Shown in pieces: positions 55,311-64,000 of a DNA stretch of 64,000 nt. This DNA comes from an uncultured Alphaproteobacteria bacterium (GTDB lineage: Bacteria > Pseudomonadota > Alphaproteobacteria > UBA11222). The stretch is from the NCBI GenBank assembly GCA_947085465.1, contig CAMTWQ010000025.1, positions 7,691-71,690 of the forward strand. The letters are read 5' to 3'. The notes beneath the pieces are model-generated. The model was not told the origin of the DNA. It saw only the letters and a program-made list of their open reading frames with translations, and searched no databases. Position 1 is the stretch's first letter. Each line of letters starts with the position of its first letter. Made by a program: the position numbers and the translations under genes.

Positions 55311-56414
55311 GTGAGCCCCATTAAACCGAGACCCGGCGTGCTCGATGTCAAACCGTATGAAGCCGGCGTGTCAAAGCTTGACGGCATCAAACATGCTGTA
55401 AAATTATCGTCAAACGAGTCTGCATTAGGGGCAAGCCCGAAGGCGGTGGTGGCCTATCAGGCGGCGGCAGCGATATTGCATCGCTATCCTGATGGCGCGT
55501 CGAGCGATTTGCGCGCAGCGATTGCTGCGCATTTTGGACTGGCCGCCGACCGGATCGTGTGCGGCAATGGCTCGGATGAATTAATTCACTTGCTGGCCCA
55601 GGCTTACCTCGGGCCGGGAGATGAGATGCTGTATAGCGCGCATGGCTTTTCGATCTATCCGATAGCCGCAACTGCGGCGGGCGCAAAACCAGTGGCGGCG
55701 CCCGAACGGGACCGCACTGCGGATGTGGATGCGCTGTTGGCGCATGTCACGCCTGCGACCCGGATTCTGTTTCTCGCTAATCCGAATAATCCGACCGGCA
55801 CCTATATCCCAGCGGGGGAGTTGCGGCGTTTGCGCGCCGGGTTGCGGCCGGATGTGTTGCTTGTGGTTGACGCGGCCTATGCCGAATTCGTGCGGCGCAA
55901 TGATTACGAGGCTGGCATCGAACTGGTGGCGACCAGCGATAATGTTGTGATGACGCGGACATTTTCAAAAATATATGGGCTAGCGTCATTGCGTTTGGGC
56001 TGGGCCTATTGCCCGGCGCATGTGGTTGATGTGCTTAACCGCGTACGCGGGCCGTTCAATGTTTCCTTGCCAGCCCAGGCGGCGGGCGTGGCCGCGTTGC
56101 AAGACACGGCCTTTACCGAGGCCGCTGCCGCGCACAATGCGAAATGGCTCGATTGGCTGGAAACTGAGCTTACCCATATCGGCCTGGCGTTTGATAAAAG
56201 CGCCGCCAATTTCGTGCTGATCTCGTTTCCGCCTCAACCGGCGTGTGACGCGCCCGCCGCCGATGCGTATTTGCGCCAGCAAGGGCTGATCCTGCGCCGC
56301 ATGGAAGGCTATGGCTTGCCGCATTGCCTGCGGCTTACCGTAGGCACAGAGGCGGAGAACCGGGAAGTCATCCGCCGGCTGACAGAATTTATGCAAGGCT
56401 GCAAAAATGCCTGA
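55311..56414 (+). CDS. hisC: Histidinol-phosphate / aromatic aminotransferase
   Basis: 367 aa. LSSNESALG, NPNNPTG, RTFSKIYGLASLRLGW (PLP lysine). Confidence 0.88.
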   Translation: MSPIKPRPGVLDVKPYEAGVSKLDGIKHAVKLSSNESALGASPKAVVAYQAAAAILHRYPDGASSDLRAAIAAHFGLAADRIVCGNGSDELIHLLAQAYLGPGDEMLYSAHGFSIYPIAATAAGAKPVAAPERDRTADVDALLAHVTPATRILFLANPNNPTGTYIPAGELRRLRAGLRPDVLLVVDAAYAEFVRRNDYEAGIELVATSDNVVMTRTFSKIYGLASLRLGWAYCPAHVVDVLNRVRGPFNVSLPAQAAGVAALQDTAFTEAAAAHNAKWLDWLETELTHIGLAFDKSAANFVLISFPPQPACDAPAADAYLRQQGLILRRMEGYGLPHCLRLTVGTEAENREVIRRLTEFMQGCKNA

Positions 56415-57357
56415 TCGTGACGGCGCGTTTGAGCGTATTGCGCTTATTGGTCTTGGGCTGATTGGCTCGTCCATTGCCTGGGCGGCCAAGCGCGCCGGTC
56501 TTGCGGGGCATATTACGGGCTTCGCCCAGAGCAGCCGGACGCGGCGCAAAGCACTGGAATTGGGTTTTATTGACAGCATCGCAGAAACGGCGGCGGATGC
56601 GGCGCGCGGCGCGGACCTGGTGATCCTGTGTACGCCGGTTGGAACCTATGCAGGATTGGCGCAGGAAATTCAGTCCGCCTTGAAGCTGGGCGCCATACTT
56701 TCTGACGCTGGCTCGGTGAAGACCGCAGTGGTGCGCGATATAAGCCCGTTTGTGCCCGATGGCGTGCATTTTGTGCCCGCCCATCCGGTTGCGGGCACCG
56801 AATATTCAGGCCCGGAATCCGGCTTTGCCGAACTGTTCGATAACCGCTGGTGCATCTTGACGCCGCCACCTGGCGCTGATCGCGCCGCAGTTGGGCAATT
56901 AACCCGGTTTTGGCAGCGCTGCGGCAGCAATGTGGATTTCATGACGCCAGAGCATCATGATCTGGTGCTCGCCGTCACCAGCCATCTGCCGCATCTGATC
57001 GCCTATAACATGGTGGGCACGGCGGCCGATCTGGAGGAAGTGACCCAAACCGAGGTTATCAAATATTCCGCCAGTGGATTTCGTGATTCCACCCGGATTG
57101 CCGCATCCGATCCCACAATGTGGCGGGATATTTTCCTGAATAATCGTGAAGCGGTGCTGGAGATGCTCGGCCGTTTTTCGGAAAATATCAGCGCCTTGCA
57201 GCGGGCGATCCGATGGGGGGATGGCGATGCGCTGTTCGATTCTTTTTCCCGCACCAGGGCCATCCGTAAACAGATCATTGAGGCCGGGCAGGATACGGCG
57301 GAACCGGATTTTGGCCGCATTTCTAAAAAGTCAAAGCCTGGAAACGAGGCTTCTTAA
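56407..57357 (+). CDS. tyrC: Prephenate/arogenate dehydrogenase
   Basis: IALIGLGLIGSS Rossmann motif, FVPAHPVAGTE, SHLPHL. Confidence 0.85.
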   Translation: MPDRDGAFERIALIGLGLIGSSIAWAAKRAGLAGHITGFAQSSRTRRKALELGFIDSIAETAADAARGADLVILCTPVGTYAGLAQEIQSALKLGAILSDAGSVKTAVVRDISPFVPDGVHFVPAHPVAGTEYSGPESGFAELFDNRWCILTPPPGADRAAVGQLTRFWQRCGSNVDFMTPEHHDLVLAVTSHLPHLIAYNMVGTAADLEEVTQTEVIKYSASGFRDSTRIAASDPTMWRDIFLNNREAVLEMLGRFSENISALQRAIRWGDGDALFDSFSRTRAIRKQIIEAGQDTAEPDFGRISKKSKPGNEAS

Positions 57358-58379
57358 AATAGCGGTTGCAACCGCGCTATCCGGACCGGGCCCAGATACA
57401 CTTCGCCGTCCTGCAAAACCAGCGGCAACGCCAGATCGCCTTTTGCGCCACCCGCAGCATTGGCAATAATCTCAAGCGCCAGGCTGGCGGCGTTTTTCTC
57501 ATCCTCGCTCAATTGGCCCGCCGCATGTAAAGCGCTGATCACGCCATCATATTTCAGCAGCCGTGCCGTCAGTGATCCCATCAGCCGGTTCCGGGCGTCA
57601 AGCGCAGTAGTGCCAGCAGCACTGAGTTGCAGCGGTCCCCAGTCAAGCCTGAATTCAAGTATTTGCACAATGCCGCCCGCATCGCGCCATTCGCGAATGC
57701 CTGCTGTGCCTGTTTGCGCGGGCGGAACGCCTTCTACGCCTGCATTTAGTGAGAGCCGCGTCAATTTCTCGCCAAGCGCCGATCCGGAGAACCCAGGATA
57801 AGTGGAATTTTCAATTTCAATAGCGATTTCAAGCAATGGGGGCTTTTCAATTCTTTGATTGCCCTGGCGCGCATTTAATTGCGCCCGGCCAAGCGATACC
57901 GCGCCCTTAAACCCATCGCCATGAATCTCGCCGCCGGTCAGATCCAGCGCCAACTGCATCAGCTTGCCACCTTCCAATCCCAGTTTCGCCGTCGCCATGT
58001 CCGGCGCGAGCCAGTACTTTTTAACGGCGCCCGTCACAGTGTTGCTATGGGCAATTTCTTGCGGCTCAAGCGCGCTAAGAACAAATTGATTTGGCATATA
58101 GGGCAGGACATGCCCGGCGAGCACTGGCGCGCGCCATTCCCATAGCGCGTCCCCTTGCCGCATGGAAAGCCGGACTTCGGCGGCCTGTAGCTGAATACGC
58201 AACGGATATCCGGATGTCTGTAATCCAGAATATTCGACCACATATCCTTCTGCGCGGCGCTGCTCCGCCCAATTGGCGATGCCCTGCGCAATCTCTCCCG
58301 CCAAGATGAGCCAGTAGATTGTATAAGCCGCGCCAGCCAGTAGTGACGCGCCCGCGAGGACGGCATAACGTAATCGCAT
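57354..58379 (-). CDS. DUF2125-like membrane-anchored protein
   Basis: N-terminal TM segment (AVLAGASLLAGAAYTIYWLIL) followed by ...GYPLRIQL.... It resembles the alphaproteobacterial DUF2125 family from memory. The start is taken at MRLRYAV. Confidence 0.5.
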   Translation of the reverse strand: MRLRYAVLAGASLLAGAAYTIYWLILAGEIAQGIANWAEQRRAEGYVVEYSGLQTSGYPLRIQLQAAEVRLSMRQGDALWEWRAPVLAGHVLPYMPNQFVLSALEPQEIAHSNTVTGAVKKYWLAPDMATAKLGLEGGKLMQLALDLTGGEIHGDGFKGAVSLGRAQLNARQGNQRIEKPPLLEIAIEIENSTYPGFSGSALGEKLTRLSLNAGVEGVPPAQTGTAGIREWRDAGGIVQILEFRLDWGPLQLSAAGTTALDARNRLMGSLTARLLKYDGVISALHAAGQLSEDEKNAASLALEIIANAAGGAKGDLALPLVLQDGEVYLGPVRIARLQPLF

Positions 58380-58389
58380 CACCCCCAAA

Positions 58390-58809
58390 TCACCAATGCC
58401 CGGTATTCTGCATGGATGCCCATGGTTCTGTGGCGGGCAGGGCCTTGCCGGCCTGCAACAGCTCGATGGAAATATTATCGGGCGAGCGCACAAAAGCCAT
58501 GCGCCCATCTCGGGGTGGCCGGTTGATCACAACGCCTTTATCCAGCAGCCGCTGGCAGACAGCATAAATATCTTCAACCTCATACGCCAGGTGGCCAAAA
58601 TTGCGCGCCTCGCCAAATGCCTCAAAGTCCCAATTATGGGTTAGTTCCACTTGCGCAGTCTCGTTCCCTGGCGCAGCCAGAAAAACCAGGGTAAAGCGCC
58701 CCTCCCTGGAGTCGAACCGGCCAAGCTCTGTTAGCCCAAGCTTGTTACAATAGAAATCCAGTGATCCTTCCAGATCGTTCACCCGGACCATGGTGTGCAA
58801 ATATTTCAT
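58390..58809 (-). CDS. gloA: Lactoylglutathione lyase (glyoxalase I)
   Basis: MKYLHTMVRVNDLEGSLDFYCNKLGL ... GHLAYEVEDIY ... ISIELLQ. Confidence 0.85.
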   Translation of the reverse strand: MKYLHTMVRVNDLEGSLDFYCNKLGLTELGRFDSREGRFTLVFLAAPGNETAQVELTHNWDFEAFGEARNFGHLAYEVEDIYAVCQRLLDKGVVINRPPRDGRMAFVRSPDNISIELLQAGKALPATEPWASMQNTGHW

Positions 58810-58903
58810 CGGCGTGTCTCCCCTGAGGTGTGGCATAAGATTGCATATTCCAGGCCGATGCAAAAGCAGGCATGGCTTGGGTGCGCAAACGGCAGGAGGC
58901 CGC

Positions 58904-59350
58904 ATGACAAATGACGCCAATGCGGAAAAACTGGGCTACCGGCTGATTTTAGGTGGCGCCGATGCGTTCATGCGCTTGATCGGGCCGTTCCTTTCCAGGC
59001 AGGAGCGAGAAGGTGATTTTACCTATGCTTTCCGGGTGCGCGAGGCGCATGCTAATGCCAGCGGCGCCGCGCATGGGGGCATGGTGATGAGCTTCGCCGA
59101 AATGGCCATCGCCAATGCCGTGGCCGCCAATGGCGGCAATGCTTCCGGGGCGCTTTCATGGAACGCGGCGTTTCTGGCGCCTGCAAATCCCGGGGATCTG
59201 GTTGAGTGCCGCCCCAAGCTGATTCGCAGTACGGGGGAGATTATCTTTGCCGGCGGGCATTGTTATGTAGGCGAATCACTTGTTTTGTCGGTTAAAGGCC
59301 TGTGGCCTACGCTCGGTTCACGGTCTAAATCTTTCGTTTATCCTGATTAA
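58904..59350 (+). CDS. PaaI-family hotdog-fold thioesterase
   Basis: NASGAAHGGMVMSFAEMA core motif. 148 aa from MTNDANA. Confidence 0.65.
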   Translation: MTNDANAEKLGYRLILGGADAFMRLIGPFLSRQEREGDFTYAFRVREAHANASGAAHGGMVMSFAEMAIANAVAANGGNASGALSWNAAFLAPANPGDLVECRPKLIRSTGEIIFAGGHCYVGESLVLSVKGLWPTLGSRSKSFVYPD

Positions 59351-59467
59351 TCCCCATATTTCTTCTGGTGTCATGAAGGATTCATCGCTTCGTGACTTAA
59401 CCTGAACATCCCTTGCTCATATCTGCACCCGGCTTCACAGCAACAACAGTGGAGAAGGGATAACCAG

Positions 59468-60256
59468 ATGCTTATTCAGACCCGCAGTAATGACTACCGG
59501 TTCGCTGTTCGTCTTGCCCGCGATGAGGGCGAAATCCAATCCGCCCAGCGGCTGCGATATCAGGTCTTTTATGAAGAGATGGGCGCGCGGCCAACCCCCT
59601 GGATGGCGCTAGAACACCGGGATGCAGATTGTTTTGACCATCTCAGCGATCATCTTCTGGTGATTGACACCCAGACCAGGGATAAGTGGGGCGATCCGCA
59701 GATCGCTGGCGCCTATCGCTTAACCCGCCGCGATGCGCTTGGGCGGCAGCAGAAATTTTATACCGAATCGGAGTTTGATCTGAGAGCCCTTAAGGGGTTC
59801 CCCGGAGAAATTCTGGAACTTAGCCGGTCCTGTGTGCACCCTTGCTACCGCAACAGGGCTGTGCTGGACATGCTCTGGATGGGCTTGGGCGAGTATGTCA
59901 CCACCCGCAATATTGACATCATGTTCGGCTGCGCGAGTTTTCCTGGCGCCGATCCCGAGCAGGCGGCGGATGCGCTGACGTTTTTACACACTTATCATAT
60001 GGCGAGTGAGGAGCTGCGGCCGCATGCGCATCCAGATCAATATGTGAGTATGCAGCGCCGTTACGTGGGTGAGATCGACAAGCGCCAGGTGATGCGGCAA
60101 ATGCCTCCCTTGATTCGCGGCTATGTTGGCGCTGGGGCCATGGTCGGCGACGGCGCGGTGATTGATACAGTATTTAACACTGTTGATATCTGCGTCGTGG
60201 TGATGACTAATCAACTGAGCCGCAATTATGCGCGCCGCTACCGGGGCGCGGCATGA
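59468..60256 (+). CDS. olsB: GNAT-family N-acyltransferase, ornithine-lipid synthase OlsB-like
   Basis: EIQSAQRLRYQVFYEEMGA...FDHLSDHLLV...AGAYRL...ELSRSCVHPCYR...FGCASFPG. Followed by an OlsA-like acyltransferase. Confidence 0.8.
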   Translation: MLIQTRSNDYRFAVRLARDEGEIQSAQRLRYQVFYEEMGARPTPWMALEHRDADCFDHLSDHLLVIDTQTRDKWGDPQIAGAYRLTRRDALGRQQKFYTESEFDLRALKGFPGEILELSRSCVHPCYRNRAVLDMLWMGLGEYVTTRNIDIMFGCASFPGADPEQAADALTFLHTYHMASEELRPHAHPDQYVSMQRRYVGEIDKRQVMRQMPPLIRGYVGAGAMVGDGAVIDTVFNTVDICVVVMTNQLSRNYARRYRGAA

Positions 60257-61113
60257 TCATGACGGCCCGGCAGGTCCGGGCGGGCATCCGGCTGATGTGT
60301 TTTCTGATAATGACGCTGGTATGTATTCCGTTATACCGCATCAGCGGAAAACTGGGCGCGCAGCGGAGCGTGGCGGGCCTGTGGTTCCGGGTGACAAACC
60401 GGATCATCGGTTTGCGGCTTCGCGTCTCGGGGCAGGCACAGCAACACGGACCAGTTTTGTACGTGGCCAATCACGTATCCTATCTTGATATCGTGATTTT
60501 AGGGGTGCTGTTAGACGCGGTGTTTGTCGCCAAACAGGACGTGGCGGGTTGGCCCCTGTTTGGACGTATCGCCAGCCTGGGACAATGCATCTTTGTCACG
60601 CGCAAGGCGGCGCATGTAAAAACTGAAGCCGCCTGTATCCGGTCGCATCTGGCGTCCGGGCGGAATGTCATTTTGTTTCCGGAAGGCACAACCGGGGATG
60701 GGGGTAAACTGCTGCCATTCAAATCCGCGCTGCTTGGCGCTTTAGACGGGGTGCGACAGGCAACCGTGCAACCGGTTACCATTGCCTATCCGGATTTGCA
60801 GCGCGGCGGCCGCGATACATCTCTTGCCTGGTATGGTGATATGGCCATGCTTCCGCACCTGTGGCTGGTGTTAATGCGCGCGTTCGCTCCGGCGCGGGTG
60901 CATTTTCACCCTGCATTGGCGGTTGAGGATTATCTGGATCGTAAAGCGCTGGCGTCCGCATGTAGCGCGCAGGTGGCTGGCGGTTTGGCCAGCCTGCTCA
61001 TGCCATCACCTGAGGAAATGTCTGGCGGCGATACCGGCATGTCCTTCTTGGATACAAGGCAATGGCGATTGCCCGCTGCGTCACAAAACGCCTATAAATT
61101 AGGCATAAAATAA
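60253..61113 (+). CDS. olsA: Lysophospholipid (lyso-ornithine lipid) O-acyltransferase, OlsA-like
   Basis: NHVSYLD (HX4D) and FPEGTTGDG motifs. 4-nt overlap with olsB. Confidence 0.8.
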   Translation: MIMTARQVRAGIRLMCFLIMTLVCIPLYRISGKLGAQRSVAGLWFRVTNRIIGLRLRVSGQAQQHGPVLYVANHVSYLDIVILGVLLDAVFVAKQDVAGWPLFGRIASLGQCIFVTRKAAHVKTEAACIRSHLASGRNVILFPEGTTGDGGKLLPFKSALLGALDGVRQATVQPVTIAYPDLQRGGRDTSLAWYGDMAMLPHLWLVLMRAFAPARVHFHPALAVEDYLDRKALASACSAQVAGGLASLLMPSPEEMSGGDTGMSFLDTRQWRLPAASQNAYKLGIK

Positions 61114-61279
61114 ACAGATGCTTAAGTTATCGCCATTTATAGCCGCGGTAACGGCATGTTATCTAACTCCCCTGTTAGCCGGTATTACCCGGCCTAAGGC
61201 ATCCCCCCAAAGCACTCATGGCATGTGTTTTGCTTAACCATATTTTAAGACTTCCGGCAAAAACAAAGGGGAACGGGGT

Positions 61280-62560
61280 ATGCAAAAATTTCTACGTAAG
61301 GCGGCGATGGTTGCCACCATCGCTGGATGGGGTGTAGGCGCTGCGGTGGCGGCGGACGACACCATCAAGGTGGGTGTTCTGCATTCATTGTCAGGCACCA
61401 TGGCGATCAGCGAAACGACTTTGAAAGACACTATTCTGATGATGATCGACGATCAGAATAAGAAGGGCGGCCTGCTTGGCAAGAAGCTCGAAGCAGTAGT
61501 GGTCGATCCGGCCTCCAACTGGCCGCTGTTCGCCGAAAAAGCCCGCGAGCTGATCCAGGTGAAAAAAACCGATGTAGTGTTTGGCTGCTGGACCTCGGTG
61601 TCGCGCAAATCGGTGCTGCCGGTGTTCGAGGAATTGAACGGTTTGCTATTCTATCCGGTGCAGTATGAAGGCGAGGAATCCTCGCGCAATGTGTTCTATA
61701 CCGGCGCCGCGCCAAACCAGCAGGCGATCCCGGCGGTGGAATATCTGATGAGCAAAGATGGCGGCGACGCCAAGCGTTGGGTGCTTTTGGGCACCGACTA
61801 TGTGTATCCGCGCACCACCAACAAAATCCTGCGCGCGTTCCTGCACGCCAAGGGCGTGGCGGATGCGGACATCATGGAGGAATATACGCCGTTCGGCCAT
61901 TCCGATTGGCAAACCATTGTGGCTAGCGTGAAGAAATTCGCGTCCGAGGGCAAAAAGACCGCCGTGGTGTCAACTATCAATGGCGACGCCAACGTGCCGT
62001 TCTATAAAGAACTGGGCAACCAGGGCATCAAGGCGGAAGACATTCCGGTTGTCGCCTTCTCGGTCGGTGAAGAAGAGCTGGCCGGTCTTGACGCAACGCC
62101 GCTGGTTGGGCATCTGGCGGCATGGAACTATTTCATGTCGGTCGACTCGCCAAAGAACGCCGAGTTCATCAAGCAATGGCAGACCTTCATCAAAAACCCC
62201 AAGCGCGTGACCAACGATCCGATGGAAGCCCATTATATCGGCTTCAAAATGTGGGTGCAGGCGGTTCAACAGGCCGGCACCACCGATGTGGACGCCGTGC
62301 GCCAGGCCATGTATGGCCAGAAGGTCAAAGCCCCCGGCGGTTTTGACAGCGTCATGAACGTCAACCATCACCTGTCCAAGCCGGTGATGATCGGCGAAAT
62401 TCAGGCGAATGGCCAGTTCGATATCGTATGGCGCACCGAAGGCCCGATCGTCGGCGACGCCTGGTCCGATTTCATTCCCGAAAGCAAGAAGCTGACGGCG
62501 GATTGGACCTTCCCATGGGTGTGCGGCAACTGCGAAAAGCCGAAATACACCGCGAACTAG
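61280..62560 (+). CDS. urtA: Urea ABC transporter substrate-binding protein
   Basis: 426 aa. Signal peptide, then IKVGVLHSLSGTMAISE...FGCWTSVSRK...PWVCGNCE, typical of UrtA. Confidence 0.88.
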   Translation: MQKFLRKAAMVATIAGWGVGAAVAADDTIKVGVLHSLSGTMAISETTLKDTILMMIDDQNKKGGLLGKKLEAVVVDPASNWPLFAEKARELIQVKKTDVVFGCWTSVSRKSVLPVFEELNGLLFYPVQYEGEESSRNVFYTGAAPNQQAIPAVEYLMSKDGGDAKRWVLLGTDYVYPRTTNKILRAFLHAKGVADADIMEEYTPFGHSDWQTIVASVKKFASEGKKTAVVSTINGDANVPFYKELGNQGIKAEDIPVVAFSVGEEELAGLDATPLVGHLAAWNYFMSVDSPKNAEFIKQWQTFIKNPKRVTNDPMEAHYIGFKMWVQAVQQAGTTDVDAVRQAMYGQKVKAPGGFDSVMNVNHHLSKPVMIGEIQANGQFDIVWRTEGPIVGDAWSDFIPESKKLTADWTFPWVCGNCEKPKYTAN

Positions 62561-62586
62561 TTTCCTTCCTGAACACGTCTATACTG

Positions 62587-62629
62587 GGGCCGGAATCTTG
62601 CCATACGGCAGGATCCGGCCCGTATTTCT
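62587..62629 (+). terminator. Imperfect stem-loop after urtA (possible terminator/attenuator)
   Basis: gggccggaatcttgcc-atac-ggcaggatccggccc followed by gtatttct. Confidence 0.45.
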
Positions 62630-62677
62630 GGATGCTGGCTTTTGGCGGAATGTTCCCTAATGTTACGTCTTTCAAAA

Positions 62678-62757
62678 GCCCCCTTGCCCTCGTGGGGAGG
62701 GGTTGCCTGCCTGCGCGAAGCCGGGGCTTCGCTCCGGCGTAGGCAGGGGGTGGGGGT
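62678..62757. repeat. Solo copy of the G-rich DUF559-type repeat, split by a 41-nt hairpin
   Basis: cccccttgccctcgtggggaggggtt | tgcctgcctgcgcgaagccggggcttcgctccggcgtaggca | gggggtgggggtc. The outer halves match the 1293-1329 unit. Confidence 0.7.
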
Positions 62758-62794
62758 CGACACATAATCCGATCTAACTGGATAGCGCGCTGGT

Positions 62795-64000
62795 ATGTTA
62801 AATTTTTTTTCACTTCTCCTCTGCCTGCTGTTCGCGCCACTGCATGCATTTGCGCAAGCGCAAGCGGACCTTCCAGCACTTATCCAGAAGCTGGCGGATA
62901 AAAGCCGCAGCATACAGAGCGAAGCTATTGACGCATTAACCGCCACCGGCAATCCCAATGTCATTGCGCCGCTTGACGCGCTGTTGAATGGTAATCTTTA
63001 TGCGCGCAAATCTGACGGCAGCATTTGGATCACGACCGAAACCCCAACAGGCTTTGGGCTAAAACATCCGCTGACCGGCGCAGCGGGCGGCAGCGCCGCA
63101 CCGGAAGAATTGACCAAGGCCAATATCACCAACGCCATCCGCACACGTTTGCGCGGCGCGCTGGGCGGCATGTCGCTGCTTGGCCCCGATCCCAAATTAC
63201 GCAAACAGGCGGCCGACGCGATTTTCAAAAACGCTGCGCCGGAAAGCATACCGTTATTGGAAACGGCGATCGCCAAGGAAACCGACGCCGCCGTTCTGCG
63301 CCGTATGCAGCGCGCCCTGGCGGGCATTCACTTCAATCTCTCAGACGATGCCCAAACCCGGCTTAAAGCGATTGAAACCCTAGGCGGCTTTACCGATCAG
63401 GAGGTGCGCGCGCTGCTCAATAACGTTGTTGCGCGCGGCAGTGCGGGCGCGGGCGGCGATGAGGTTCTTGCCGCTGCTGAAAAAGCTTTGCAGGGTGTTG
63501 AAAGCCGCCTCGAATTTTGGGGCATGGCGGAAGCCCTGTTTCATGGCGTAAGCCTTGGTTCGGTGTTGCTTCTGGCGGCGATCGGGCTGGCGATCACCTT
63601 TGGTGTGATGGGCGTCATCAATATGGCGCATGGCGAAATGGTGATGCTTGGCGCCTATACGACCTATATGGTGCAGGAGGTTATCCGCACCGCCTATCCC
63701 GGCCTGTTTGACGTATCGTTGTTTATCGCTATTCCTGCGGCGTTCATGGTGGCGGGCCTGGTCGGCGTCGCCATTGAGCGCGGCATTATCCGGTTTCTCT
63801 ATGGGCGGCCTCTGGAAACCCTGCTGGCCACCTGGGGCGTCAGCCTGATTCTGCAACAAACCGTGCGTTCGATCTTTGGCCCGACAAATAAAGAGGTGGG
63901 CACGCCAAGCTGGATGAGCGGCGCAATGGAATTCGAGAGTGGTCTGGCGCTGACCTATAACCGTGTGGCGATCATCATTTTTTCGCTGATGGTGTTGGGT
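62795..64000 (+). CDS. urtB: Urea ABC transporter permease UrtB with a long periplasmic N-terminal extension (runs off window end)
   Basis: Not in the ORF track because there is no stop in the window. Hand translation gives MLNFFSLLLCLLFAPLHAFA... then ...LGSVLLLAAIGLAITFGVMGVINMAHGEMVMLGAY..., typical of the LivH/UrtB family. Confidence 0.85.
   Translation, partial: MLNFFSLLLCLLFAPLHAFAQAQADLPALIQKLADKSRSIQSEAIDALTATGNPNVIAPLDALLNGNLYARKSDGSIWITTETPTGFGLKHPLTGAAGGSAAPEELTKANITNAIRTRLRGALGGMSLLGPDPKLRKQAADAIFKNAAPESIPLLETAIAKETDAAVLRRMQRALAGIHFNLSDDAQTRLKAIETLGGFTDQEVRALLNNVVARGSAGAGGDEVLAAAEKALQGVESRLEFWGMAEALFHGVSLGSVLLLAAIGLAITFGVMGVINMAHGEMVMLGAYTTYMVQEVIRTAYPGLFDVSLFIAIPAAFMVAGLVGVAIERGIIRFLYGRPLETLLATWGVSLILQQTVRSIFGPTNKEVGTPSWMSGAMEFESGLALTYNRVAIIIFSLMVLG

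Noticed and set aside
62795-63500. Long (about 230 aa) N-terminal periplasmic extension on UrtB that could be mistaken for a separate gene between urtA and urtB.
   Set aside because: The reading frame is continuous from the signal-peptide-like start at 62795 into the LivH-type membrane domain. Such extended UrtB proteins are, to my recollection, normal in this group.

Overview
This is a high-GC chromosomal segment with alphaproteobacterial gene order and protein signatures. Most of it is housekeeping genes: leuB-leuD-leuC, rplS-trmD-rimM-rpsP-ffh, ppdK, glyQS, grpE-hrcA, rph-rdgB-hemW, rsmI-yraN, rpsD, chorismate mutase-hisC-tyrC, olsBA and urtAB. Several small accessory patches interrupt this background. 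(1) A minus-strand operon at 11000-15532 starts with a sequence matching the ykkC/guanidine-I riboswitch. It encodes a NitT/TauT-type ABC importer, an arginase-fold hydrolase and a translationally coupled His-rich small protein. (2) A 2.3-kb islet at the 3' end of tRNA-Pro(CGG) is bounded by 92-bp direct repeats and tRNA-3'-end-like stubs. It holds a GIY-YIG nuclease gene, then a MuF/SPP1-gp7-domain protein with an unrecognised about 240-aa C-terminal region, followed by a membrane-anchored small protein. The toxin-3'/partner-5' junction is duplicated. I read this as a candidate polymorphic toxin/immunity pair outside any prophage, and it is my best candidate for an undescribed system. (3) Two AT-richer foreign genes sit inside the leuC-leuD operon. 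One is a DUF559 nuclease bracketed by 37-nt terminal inverted repeats. (4) An HPt(His->Phe) - CheY-like receiver(Asp57->Asn) - HPt(His) cassette has no kinase nearby. (5) The window also has a HEPN/MNT toxin-antitoxin pair, a secreted protein whose mature part is about 31% Met, and several families of nested-palindrome intergenic repeats, one copy of which lies inside the riboswitch leader. All calls come from reading the ORF translations and the DNA by eye. No database search, covariance model or folding program was run. Family names rest on remembered motifs and need confirmation.
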